Shown in pieces: positions 1 to 10,678 of a DNA stretch of 64,000 nucleotides. The stretch is from an uncultured Gemmatimonadales bacterium (GTDB lineage: Bacteria > Gemmatimonadota > Gemmatimonadetes > Palauibacterales > Palauibacteraceae). Below the pieces are notes generated by a model. The model made no database searches. It was given only the letters and a program-made list of their open reading frames with translations, and was not told the origin of the DNA. A program made the translations under genes and the position numbers. The stretch spans positions 23,510 to 87,509 of the forward strand of contig CAWECO010000005.1 of NCBI GenBank assembly GCA_963807645.1. The letters are read 5' to 3'. Position 1 is the first letter of the stretch. The number at the start of each line of letters is the position of its first letter.

Positions 1-62
1 CACCTTGAGCAATGAGTCCGGCCTCAGACCCATGGGCTATGCTCCCGCTTCATGCACGCGGG

Positions 63-3054
63 TTATCGATAGAAGTAGACGTTGTCCACGTACACCGTGT
101 TCGGGTCACCCGACAGGATCAGCTGCGCAATCGCACCGGTCGTGGTCAGCGCCGTGAAGTCCGCCAGCGGGATGTCGAAGCTGACCCACTGCCCGTCGCC
201 AGTGCCGGCGTCGTCGTCGCGTCGAACGTCAGCTCCGGCTCGGTGTCGTCCCCGCCATCGAACGCCCCGTCAGCCCCGAAGTCCACCAGCTTGATCTTGA
301 ACACGGCCGGCGCCGCCGTCGCGTCCGGCGTCCAGATGTCCATGTGGAAGTGCGTCATCGCCGACGCGTCGATCGGCTGCGTCGTCGCCTCGACGCCGGC
401 GAAGACCAGGTTCGTGTACAGCTTCGTGTCATCCGCCCGGACCTGCACGTCCTCCACGTCCGCCTGGTCCCAAGTCCGCCGACCACGTGTCCACCGGCAC
501 GTCCGTGTACGCGTTGCTGAACAGCGACACCACGTCCGCCTCCGGCACCGTCGGCATCGGCGCCGCCACCGCCGGCTCCGTGGGATCGCCGCCGCCGTCC
601 TCCGCATAGAAGTAGACGTTGTCCACGTAGACCGTGTTCGGGTCACCCGACGATGATCATCTGCGCGATCGCACCGGTCGTCGGTCAGCCCCGTGAAGTC
701 CGCCAGCGGGATGTCGAAGCTGACCCAACTGCCCGTCGCCAGTCGCCGGCGTCGTCGTCGCGTCGAGCGTCAGCTCTCGTGCTCGGTGTCGTCCCCGCCA
801 TCGAACGCCCCGTCAGGCCCGAAGTCCACCAGCTTGATCTTGAACACGGCCGGCGCCGCCGTCGCGTCCGGCGTCCAGATGTCCATGTGGAAGTCGGTCA
901 TCGCCGACGCGTCGATCGGCTGCGACGTCACCTCGATCGCCGGCGAACACGAGGTTCGTGTACAGCTTCATGTCGTCCCCGGCGACCTGCACGTCCGCCA
1001 CGTCGGCGCTGGTCCCAAGTCCGCCGACCACGTGTCCACCGCGACGTCCGTGTACGCGTTGCTGAACATCGAGATCGACGTCGCCTGCCGGCACCGTCGG
1101 CATCGGCGCCGCCACCGCCGGCTCCGTGGGATCGCCGCCGCCGTCCCCGTAGAAGTAGACGTTGTCCACGTAGACCGTGTTCGGGTCACCCGAGATGATC
1201 AGCTGCGCGATCGCACCGGTCGTGGTCAGCGCCGTGAAGTCCGCCAGCGGAATGTCGAAGCTCACCCACTGCCCGTCGCCAGTGCCGGCGTCGTCGTCGC
1301 GTCGAACGTCAGCTCCGCGCTCGGTGTCGTCGCCGCCGTCGAACACCCCGTCAGGCCCGAAGTCCACCAGCTTGATCTTGAACACGGCCGGCGCCGCCGT
1401 CGCGTCCGGCGTCCAGATGTCCATGTGGAAGTCCGTCATCGCCGAGGCGTCGATCGGCTGCGTCGTCGCCTCCGCGATCGAGAACACCAGGTTCGTGTAC
1501 AGCTTCATGTCGTCCCCCTGGACCTGTACGTCCTCCACATCGGCCTGGTCGAAGTCCACCGACCACGTGTCCACCAGCACGTCCGTGTAGGCGTTGCTGA
1601 ACATCGACACCACGTCCGCCTCCGGCACCGTCGGTACCGGCGCCGCTACCACAGGCTCCGTGGGATCGCCCCCGCCGTCCTCCGCATAGAAGTAGACGTT
1701 ATCCACGTACACCGTCGAGCTGGAGCCCGAGATGATCAGCTGCGCGAGGTTGGTCCGGCCCGTGAGTCCGACGAAGTCCGACATCGGGATGTCCAGAACG
1801 CTCCAGGCCCCAGTGGTCATCGCCGGTGTCGTGCTTTCGGTAAGGGTGACCTCGTGCTCGCTGTCATCTCCGCCACCGAACTCTCCGTCCGGTCCGAAGT
1901 CCACCAGCTTGACCTTGAACTCGGAGGAATCGAACGTCCACACGTCCATGTGGAAGCCCGTCATTTCCGTCACGTCGATCTGCTCGGACGTGAACTCGAC
2001 CACGGCGAACCCCAGGTTCGTGTACAGCTTCGTGTCGCTTCCGTCGATCACCACGTCCTCAACCGTCGCCGGGTCGAAGTCCGCTGCCCACCGGTCCACG
2101 AACACGTTCGTGTACGCGTTGCTGAACAGCGAGATCACATCCTCGGCGGGTCGCGTCGGAGTCGGCGCAGCGCCGGAGGGTCCCACCACCGCGGTGACGG
2201 TGACAGCTCCGTCGGCAGCCACCGAGCCGAGCGTGGCGGTGATGGTGGCGGTCCCGGTTCCCACGACCAAGATCGTCCCGTCCTCGGCGACCGTGGCTAC
2301 TCCGGCATCGGAAGAGCTGAACGTGAAGTAGTTGGGGGAAGCCTGGACGGTCGACCTCTCGGCCAGCGACGTCGTACGTCACGATGGTCCCGCCGACGTT
2401 GACCGTTGCGCCCACGGTCGTGGACACGTCCTGAGTCCCGATTTCCGGACGTGGATTCGTGATCGTCGGGTCGTTTACGAACTGGACTTCGTCCAGCCAC
2501 AGCTCGAATCCGGTTTCATCTTGCGGCCCCGCGGCGACCTCGAACAGACCGCGTTCCAACGCCAGCTTCTCGGAAAGCGGAACCGGAACGACGTAACGCT
2601 CCCAGATCGTGGTGAGAGGAAGGTCCGTCACCTGGGCACCGTAGAGAGAAGCCCCCGTGTTGTCGTTCCCGATACCGGCCAGCCCGAGAGTGGCCGGCAT
2701 GCTCGCTCTGGCCCAGAACTCCAGCGCATTGTAGCCGGTCAGGTCCCGCTCGCCGGAACTCGTAAAGGCTCCGCCGGCGAAGCTGCCCTCCGGATCGCCG
2801 AAGTTCGGTACGGTGAGTTGCAGAGCGCGCGAGCCCTGGTACGTGACGAGAAACGAGATGTCCAGCGCAGTCACCTTGGATCCGGCGAAAGCGTCGTAAT
2901 CGACACCGGGCCCGAACTCGTCGAGAAACACCTCGGAATCCGTCGGAAAGGGCGCCGGCTCCAACATGCCCACGTCCCGCTCGCAACCTGTGATTCCAAG
3001 GAAGAGTGCCGCAGTGAGGACGCCGATGGGGCGTGACACGATGCTCGAAGTCAT
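63..3054 (-). pseudogene. Surface lipoprotein: CBM-like N-terminal region, Big_2-like Ig domain, then four ~180-aa tandem glycan-binding-like repeats; frame broken at least 5 times as sequenced (indel errors or pseudogene)
   Basis: ATG 3054-3052 gives MTSSIVSRPIGVLTAALFLGITGC (lipobox). Consecutive pieces of one protein lie in ORFs 2059..3279, 813..2270, 968..1189, 429..626 and 146..646. One junction is on a G5 run (2334-2338), between TYDVAGREVD and NYFTFSSSDAGVATVAEDGTILVVGTGTATITATLG (Big_2-like). The last repeat ends VYVDNVYFYR followed by TAA (65-63). Confidence 0.8.
66..2200 (-). repeat. Four tandem coding repeats of 537-543 bp inside the lipoprotein gene
   Basis: GAAGTAGACGTTGTCCACGTA starts at 72, 609 and 1152, with a 1-mismatch copy at 1689. 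Copies 1-3 are about 90% identical by eye; copy 4 is clearly more diverged. Confidence 0.9.
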
Positions 3055-3333
3055 GGCCTGCCTCGAGGTTGGGTGCGGGATCCCGACGTCGCGAGGCAAC
3101 GGAGCGGACCGCCGAGTCCCGCTTTGTTCGCGTGCCGAACAAAGTAGGGGTCGGGGGGGATACGTGTCAAGCTTGACGGGCGGGCCCAGCTTGCACCTCT
3201 TCGAGGTGGGTCTCGACCGTCGAGGCGCGTAGCGCTCAGATCGCGGTTCCTTGCCCCGAAGACGCTTCGCGGGCGACATTGCCCGCCGCCGACCACAATG
3301 TCGCTGTGTCCCAAACCATTAGGGAAGAGTAGC

Positions 3334-6300
3334 ATGCCAGGAACATCTTTCGACGACTCCCAGCGGTTCATCCTCGAGAGTTTCGCCAGCGGTCTGCCTT
3401 TCTCCAGCTTTCTCCCGGGCATTGCCGGCCCTCTCGGGACGCCCATGTGGGTCTTCTACGTCAACCGTGGCCAGGCAATCGCCAGCTTTGGTGTGGGCAA
3501 TAAGGACAACCCGATCATGGAGTTTCTTCCTGCCAACAAATCCTACCAGAGCACGCCGTATACCGGGTTCAGAACGTTTCTCAAGTTGGCTGAGGCAGAC
3601 GGCCCATTGCTCTATGAGCCCTTCTCGCCATGGCGGTCCGATGAATCAACTCAGATGTTCGTGGGCCTGAACGAGCTGGAACTGCAAGCCACGAATCCGT
3701 CGCGTGGCATCCAGACGAACGTGCTCTACTTCGTGTTGCCTGGCGAGGACTTCGCCGCACTCGTGCGGCAGGTGCAAGTCACGAATGTCGGCGACCGCCC
3801 CATCTCGTTCGAACTGCTGGACGGCATGCCACGAGTCATCCCTTTTGGCGCTGATAACTGGGGCCTGAAGAACATCAACCGCACGCTCGAGGCCTGGATG
3901 GAGGTGTTGCATCTGGACCGGGGAATCCCGTTCTATCGACTGCGGGCCAGCGCGGGAGACACGACCGAGGTCGTGGAATTCCAGGCGGGACACTTCTACC
4001 TCGCGTTTACCGCGGATACGGGACCCGAGCGGCGCCTCCCGGCGATCGTGGACCCCAGGCTGGTGTTCGGGGAAGACACCTCGCTGAGCGTGCCTCAGAA
4101 CTTCGCTCGGACCGCTCTGGAGGATCTCGTTTCGCAACCCCAGGTCACCGTGGGGCGCACGCCGTCTGGCCTGTTTGGGTTGACGGCGACGCTCGAGCCC
4201 GGGGAAGCGACCACCGTCCACGCGTTGATCGGGCATACGAGCAGTGACGAGCGGCTCTATGCGATGGCCGATCGCATCGGTCGGACAACCTACATCCAGG
4301 AGAAGCGTCAGGAGGCACGCCAGCTGGTTCGGGAACTGACGGACGTGGTCGATACCCGAACCGATCTACCGATATTCGACGCCTACTGCCGTCAGACCTT
4401 CCTCGACAACGTGATGCGCGGCGGCTGGCCGATCGTCATGGGCGAAGCTGAACGCCCGATTGTATACCATGTCTACTCGCGTAAGCATGGCGATCTGGAG
4501 CGTGATTACAACGACTTCTATCTGGCTCCCGAGCCCTATTCGCAGGGGAATGGCAACTACCGGGATGTGAATCAGAACCGCCGGTGCGATGTCCTGCTGA
4601 ATCCGAACGTGAGGGACTTCAATGCACTCACCTTCCTGGGCCTGATTCAGCTGGACGGGTACAATCCGCTCGTGGTGCAGGGGAGTCGGTTCACCCTGCC
4701 GCCCGAGGCGCGGGCCGGAGTACTGGAGTTCGTCGAGCAGCCCGAGTTGATGGGCCAAATTCTGGAGCGACCGTTCTCCCTCGGGGAACTCGTGCAGTCG
4801 ATCCGCAATGCCCCGATCGGGCTGACGGTGGACCTGGAGACGTTCATCGCGAAGGTGTCGAGCGAGGCCACCCAGCATGTCGAGGCGAGCTTCGGGGAGG
4901 GCTACTGGGTCGACCACTGGTTCTACAACCTCGACCTCATCGACACGTACCTCGCGGTCTATCCCGACAGGGAGACCGAACTGCTCATGGGCGAGTCGCG
5001 TGTGCCGTACTACGATAGCGCGGCGGCCGTGCCGCCACGCTGGCGGCGGTACGTACGAACCCATGACGGCCGCGTGCGCCAGTACGGCGCGGTTCACGAA
5101 GTGGACGGCGAGAAGCTGGCGCTGATCGACTCGCGCACGGAGCAGCCCCGTCTGATGCGCACGGCGCACGGGAGGGGCGAGGTGTATCGGACCACGGTGC
5201 TCGCCAAGCTCGTGGGGCTCGCCGTCGTCAAGTTCAGCACGCTGGACCCGGGCGGCATGGGGATCGAGATGGAAGCAGGCAAGCCCGGCTGGTACGACGC
5301 CCTCAATGGTCTGCCCGGGTTGTTCGGCTCCTCCATGTGCGAGACGTACGAGCTTCATCGGCTGCTGACCTTCCTGATCGACGCCACGAATGCCCGGCTC
5401 GATGCGGACCTGATGCTGCCGATCGAGCAAGTGCGGCTCCTGGAGCAGGTCCAGCAGGCGCTGTCCGACTGGGCTGATTCGTCGGACCCGGACCGCGACT
5501 TCGTGTGCTGGGATCGGATGTCAACCGCGCGAGAGGCGTATCGTGAAGACACCCGCCTGGGAATCGATGGCGCGACGCACACGTTCGCCTGTCGGGAATT
5601 GGGCGCCATCCTCACAGAGTTCCGCTCCAAGGTGGCGCTGGCCATCGAGCGCTCGCTGGAACTCGGCGACGGCGTGCCACCCACGTATCTGGAGTATCGC
5701 GCGATCGAAACCGTGGATATCCTCGACGGGAATGGTCAGCCCGAGAGAGACGACCAGGGCCGGCCCTACGCGTGGGTGAAGCAGTTCGAGGTCACCCCGC
5801 TGCCCCCATTCCTGGAAGGGCCCGTCCACGCGCTCAAGGTGCAGGCGGATACCGCGTCCGCTCGCTCGCTGCATCGGCAGGTGAAGGAGAGCGAGCTGTT
5901 CGACCGAGAGCTCGGCATGTACAAGGTCAATGCTTCCCTGGCGAGCGAATCACACGAGATCGGGCGGGCCAAGGCGTTCCCACCGGGCTGGCTGGAGAAC
6001 GAGTCCATCTGGCTGCACATGGAGTACAAGTACCTGCTGGAACTCCTCCGGGCGGGGCTCCATGAGGAGTTCTACGAGGCACTTCGGACGGCCCTGGTGC
6101 CGTTTCAACCCCCGGCTCGCTATGGCCGCAGCCCCCTGGAGAACTCCTCATTCATCGTGAGCAGTGCCCATCCCGATCCCTCGTTGCATGGAGCGGGGTT
6201 CGTGGCTCGTTTGAGCGGTTCGACCGCCGAGTTCCTGAGCCTCTGGACCTCCATGATGGCGGGCGAGCGACCGTTTCTTGTGAGCGGTGGTGCGCTTCAG

Positions 6301-6559
6301 CTGAAGTTGAGCCCCGCCCTGCCAGGCTGGTTCTTCACCGACCCGGGGAGTCGTGCGCTTCCGATTCCTGGGACAGTGCGACGTCACGTATCACAACCCA
6401 CGTCGGCTGGATACGTTTGCCGACGGGATCGAGCCTCGCCGCATCGTGCTATGGCGTTCCGAGGATGAATCTGTCGAGATCGCGGGCCACACGGTCGGCG
6501 CTCCCTACGCCGAGATGGTACGAAGCGGAGACATCAGCCGCGTGGAGGTGTTCTTCTAG
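3334..6559 (+). CDS. Large cytoplasmic glycoside-phosphorylase-like protein, putative beta-1,3-glucan/laminari-oligosaccharide phosphorylase (GH94/GH149/GH161-type); one frameshift near 6341-6350
   Basis: ORF 3298..6468 (1056 aa) is continued by ORF 6353..6559 (FRFLGQCDVTYHNPRRLDTF...RVEVFF) after a CCCGGGG run. AGGGAAGAG lies 5 nt before ATG 3334. No signal peptide. Motifs include GIAGPLGTPMWVFYVNRGQAIASFG, HGDLERDYNDFYLAPEPYSQGNGNYRDVNQNRR and ENESIWLHMEYKYLLELL. The family call rests on memory plus the GH16/transporter context, not on a search. Confidence 0.6.
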
Positions 6560-6613
6560 CGTCGGCGACGGCCCGGGAGGGACAAGAACGGTATGTGGGG
6601 CAGTTCTGGAAGG

Positions 6614-7156
6614 CTAGAATACGCCTCTGCAATTGTCTTCTAGCACGACGACGATCCTGTCAACTTCACGAGCGGTTCCCGGTAGTTCCGCAAGCTCGAG
6701 GCCTGGATAAGAATCCATCTCTTTCCAGTTCTCAATGGTAGCACTGAAGAACTGAGATGCTGACGCATCGGCCTCATAGACGATGAGGTCATAGGGTTCC
6801 CCCTTATCCCCGCCAAATCTGGTAATCACCTGCCATTCACCGTCTCTCTTGTACGAGGTGTTCGTGTGGTCCGATTGGGGATAGTACTTGTCGTCGGTAG
6901 GCTTCAGCAGAACCCAAATGTCTTCATCGTGTGCATCCGGATACACCCCCATGGTGAGGATCCGGCATTTCACGGAGTCGCCTTCAAGGGGCGAGATCAC
7001 CTGCACTCTTTGAACTGGGACCTCAATTTGCAGTCTGTTTCCGACAGCTACCTGTTCAAGGGGGCTTTGTTGATACACGGTTCCAAATGAATACCCGCCA
7101 TAGATGACCAGGAGGATGCCTGCTCCTCCCAGGAGAAGTCTCAGCGTGGGATTCAT
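6614..7156 (-). CDS. Hypothetical membrane-anchored protein (single N-terminal TM helix plus ~150-aa soluble domain), unknown function
   Basis: ATG at 7156 gives MNPTLRLLLGGAGILLVIYGGYSF followed by a soluble domain. It lies in the ~50% GC segment, downstream of and co-oriented with the GPH transporter. I recognise no motif. Confidence 0.6.
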   Translation of the reverse strand: MNPTLRLLLGGAGILLVIYGGYSFGTVYQQSPLEQVAVGNRLQIEVPVQRVQVISPLEGDSVKCRILTMGVYPDAHDEDIWVLLKPTDDKYYPQSDHTNTSYKRDGEWQVITRFGGDKGEPYDLIVYEADASASQFFSATIENWKEMDSYPGLELAELPGTAREVDRIVVVLEDNCRGVF

Positions 7157-7265
7157 CAGGTTCAGAGAAACAAAGCATCGCCAATTGCACAGAGTATGAG
7201 TGCGGCGCCAACAATCGTGACTACTATTTCTGCAGACATTCTTCTTGTCTCGATTAGAGGATTCT

Positions 7266-8697
7266 CTACAAGACTCCCCTGCGCGCTTCCAATTCAGCTT
7301 TGATTTCCCGGGCACGTTCCTCGGACAGACTGTAATTCCACATCACCAGTATCGCTAAGAAGGCTGTGGATGCCGGGATCACGATGTCCGCTATGCGCAG
7401 GTTCAACAAGGTTTCAGCCGTCTGTTGGGCAGCGTTCCCATCAAAACCTACCAGCTTGAGCACCAGTCCTCCCAACACGAGGGCCAGTGCCTGTCCGAGC
7501 TTCACCATCCACCAATAGATGGCGCCGAATGTCCCTTCCTTTCTGGGCATGCCGTTGTTCAACTCATCCAGATCGCAAACATCGGCCGTCATGCTCATCA
7601 TCAACGTGAAGAGTCCACCCAATCCAAACGCTATGAATGGAATTGGCATGAACATCAGCCATGGATTGTCTGGATTGAAGGCCCACCATTTCAGGAGATA
7701 GCCGACAATGGATATCGCTGTCGAAATGATGAAGGCCATTCTCTTTCCTACCCTGTCCGAAATCCAGGTTATCGCCGGGATCACCACGAAGGCGGTGACC
7801 ACAGCCGTGATGCTGGAGAACCATGCCGGCCAGGTGCCCGCACCTTCATAACTCCCGTTGAACAGATAGAAGACGATGATGTAGACGCTGAAGGCCGCCA
7901 CCATCTGAAATCCGTTGAACACCAGGAAGGTCGCTCCACACAATCTGACGAACGGTACATTCCTCATCGCTTCAGAAATGCCCCGGAACAGATCGAGCAA
8001 GTTACTGAAGAGCGTACTCCAGGTGATCTTGACCCGGTTTTCCATCTTTGCCGAATCTATACCTCTGCAAAAGAATGGCTGGTAGAATGCCCAGTACGAT
8101 ACAAATCGCTCCAACAACGACCGACAACTGACGAACACCCACCGCCTGGGATTCAAAAATGTCAGGATCTGCGATGATCACCCAGAACCAGGGCACGATC
8201 ATCCACGCGATTTGCCCCATGGTTTGAGAGAACGCCATCAGGCGGGTGCGTTCATTGTAGTCGGACGTCATCTCGTATCCGAGTCCGACCAACGGAGTGG
8301 CAAACATGGTATTCCCGATCAGAAAGACCATCGAAAAGATCAGGAAATACCAGAAGTTGAACATCTGAGAATTGTTCTCATTGAGCTGCCACAGCAGAGC
8401 AAAGAAGATCCCACTCAGAATCGCACCAACGAAGATATATGGCCTTCGCCGGCCAAATCTGGACGTGGTATTGTCTGAAATGAACCCCATGACAGGGTCA
8501 GTAATGGCATCGAAAATTCGTGGGAGCCCTCCAAGCAATCCTGCCAGGAAAGGATCCATGCCGAAGGCCGTGAGCAGGAAGAACATGAAGAACCCGAGAG
8601 ACCCTGGCAGGAGGTTCAGCACCAGGTGTCCGGCCCCAAATGCGGCTTTCTGCCCGAGGGGCACTCTGTCTTTCGCAGCCGTTTCGTAATGTGTCAT
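7266..8697 (-). CDS. Glycoside-pentoside-hexuronide (GPH)/MFS-type sugar:cation symporter; one frameshift
   Basis: The N-terminal half is ORF 8002..8697 (MTHYETAAKDRVPLGQKAAFGAGHL...DPVMGFISDNTTSRFGRRRPYI, MelB/GPH-like). The C-terminal half is ORF 7266..8156. The frames join at an A4 run (8069-8072 on the plus strand). About 12 hydrophobic helices by eye. Confidence 0.8.
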
Positions 8698-8983
8698 GGC
8701 GTTAGACGTTGGCTTTGGTTGAGTTCTCTGAATACGCCGATATTACCGACTGCAATCGTCTGAATGGCGGTACGCATAATACGGCAAGTACAGTCCCCCT
8801 GTCATCCAGCAAAGGGGCGTGAGGTGCGCGGCCCGACTCGTGGCAGGCGCTCTCAACCTCTCCCCCGTAGATTGCCGGCGCCCCCTGTGTTTCCCAGGGG
8901 CATGAAGACCCGACCTTTCTGGAGCGTATCACTGCGACCCTAACCGCACGCACTGGTTTGACCACGAGAGGAGACGACTATCC

Positions 8984-9877
8984 ATGCTCACGAGAATGCC
9001 TCGCTGGATCTTACCCTCACTCGGGGCTGTGCCCTGCCTGGTCGCAGCCTGCGCCAACCCGGAGCCCGAAGGATCGCAGGCGACGGGTGAGACGGCGGCC
9101 GCCACAATGGCCGCAGAGTGGGAAGTCGACTTCTTCGACGACTTCGACCGCTTCGATCCGGAGAACTGGCAGGACCAGCTTCTCTGGGTCAACGACGAAG
9201 ATCAGTGCTACGTCCGGGACGGCCTGCACGGCACGCGGGCCGTCAGCGACGGCACGCTGAAGGTCCGCGTCGTCGACCTCGGTGAGCCCATCGAGTGCGA
9301 CAACTTCAACAAGGTCGGAGACCAGCACCCGCCCACGCAGTACGTCGCGGGGCGCATCACCTCGAAGAACCGGCAGGAGTTCGTGAAGGGGCGCTGGACG
9401 GCGCGGCTCCGTGTGCCGGACAGCGGTCAGGCCGGCATGTTCCCGGCGTGGTGGCTGCTTGGAGCGCGCAACAACGAACCGCCGATCGAGGAGGATGACG
9501 AGGACGTCTGCTGGCCGATGACCGGTTCAGGAGAGATCGACATCTTCGAACACCACAGCGACGGCGGGCCCGACCACTATGCCGCGCGGGCCATCAAGAG
9601 TCTCGGCTATTGCGGCGGAGGCGACTGGCAGCAGCTGATGCACGTTCAGGAGGCCGCGCTGGCCGAATATCACGAGTACGCGGTCGAATGGGACGGGAGC
9701 GATCTCCTGTTTCTGCTCGACGGCGAGGTGATTTACCGCAGCGAGGGACAGGGGGACCAGTTCCCCGAGCCGCTCTTCGCGGTGTTGAACTTTGCCAAGA
9801 TCAACCCTTCGCCCATGACGGTGGAGAGTTGGACGATGGAAGTAGACTGGGTGAAGCACGAGCGACCGCTAGAGTAG
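8984..9877 (+). CDS. GH16 family beta-glucanase (laminarinase-like) lipoprotein
   Basis: Signal peptide plus lipobox (LVAAC). GH16 catalytic motif GEIDIFEH (E-x-D-x-x-E). GMFPAWWLLG and EYAVEWDGSDLLFLLDG are typical of GH16. Confidence 0.9.
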   Translation: MLTRMPRWILPSLGAVPCLVAACANPEPEGSQATGETAAATMAAEWEVDFFDDFDRFDPENWQDQLLWVNDEDQCYVRDGLHGTRAVSDGTLKVRVVDLGEPIECDNFNKVGDQHPPTQYVAGRITSKNRQEFVKGRWTARLRVPDSGQAGMFPAWWLLGARNNEPPIEEDDEDVCWPMTGSGEIDIFEHHSDGGPDHYAARAIKSLGYCGGGDWQQLMHVQEAALAEYHEYAVEWDGSDLLFLLDGEVIYRSEGQGDQFPEPLFAVLNFAKINPSPMTVESWTMEVDWVKHERPLE

Positions 9878-10036
9878 AGAGCCAGCGGGAACTCGATGCA
9901 GGACCTGGCGCCTGCCCGAGGTCCTTGCGGCACAGGGCGGCACGATCGAGATCCTGCACACCCTGCGGCCGCTCGTGGTCGTGATGGCCGGGCCGGACGT
10001 GTTCGACCCGTACCGGGACTAACGAACTCTACCGAC

Positions 10037-10429
10037 CTACTTCTTCTGCACGCGGAAGTTCAGCGTACCGCTGTAGTCGGTGAGACCCAGCGTGATCGTC
10101 CAGGTGCCCGAGGACCCAGCCGCCGTGTCCTCGTTCAGACTGGGAGCGAGACCCTGCTCGTAGACGATGGTGTCATCCGCGTCCCGGATCACGAGCCCCG
10201 CGGCGCCGTCTGCCGTGGTGGTGGAATGGTCTACCGAGGCCATCGATCCGGTGTTCTCCCACGAATACTGCAGGACAGCGCCGACATCCGTGACATCGGA
10301 CGCCTGCAACTGGAAACTGTCGGTGGCGTTGTTCACCTGGGGCTCGAAATCCGCCAGCGGATCCGTCGGATCGCTGCCGCAAGCGCTCAGCATGAGGAGC
10401 GCTACAACGATAAGTGCTTTTGTTTTCAA
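10037..10429 (-). CDS. Small lipoprotein, unknown function
   Basis: MKTKALIVVALLMLSACGSD (lipobox LSAC). Clean 130-aa ORF with a non-repetitive, beta-rich composition. Confidence 0.7.
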   Translation of the reverse strand: MKTKALIVVALLMLSACGSDPTDPLADFEPQVNNATDSFQLQASDVTDVGAVLQYSWENTGSMASVDHSTTTADGAAGLVIRDADDTIVYEQGLAPSLNEDTAAGSSGTWTITLGLTDYSGTLNFRVQKK

Positions 10430-10678
10430 CGTTTACCTGCCCGTCTCGAGGGGATTCGCTGTTACTGACAGGGTTTGTTACACACAAGAAGCATTCCGAT
10501 CGCACCGGCTGGGCTGCGTATCGGGGCACGCGGCGGCAGGCAACACGTTACCGGTCAACTGGTTAGGTGGACACGCGTCTGAGGCGAATGTCCGACGGCT
10601 GGCTGGCCGAAGACCTCGCCGGCTTCGGAACAATCTGCCCGATACGGCACACATCGGCCCTATCGAGACGGCTCCGAG

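Noticed and set aside
66-2200. The tandem repeat array as a possible CRISPR or satellite.
   Set aside because: The period is ~540 bp with no short repeat/spacer structure. The units are protein-coding domains of one lipoprotein gene.
9896-10036. The AGGACCT...AGGTCCT hairpin after the GH16 gene, and the CCGAAG...CTTCGG hairpin near 10607-10628, as terminators.
   Set aside because: The stems are short (6-7 bp) with 10-12-nt loops and no U-tracts. They cannot be told apart from chance GC-rich complementarity.
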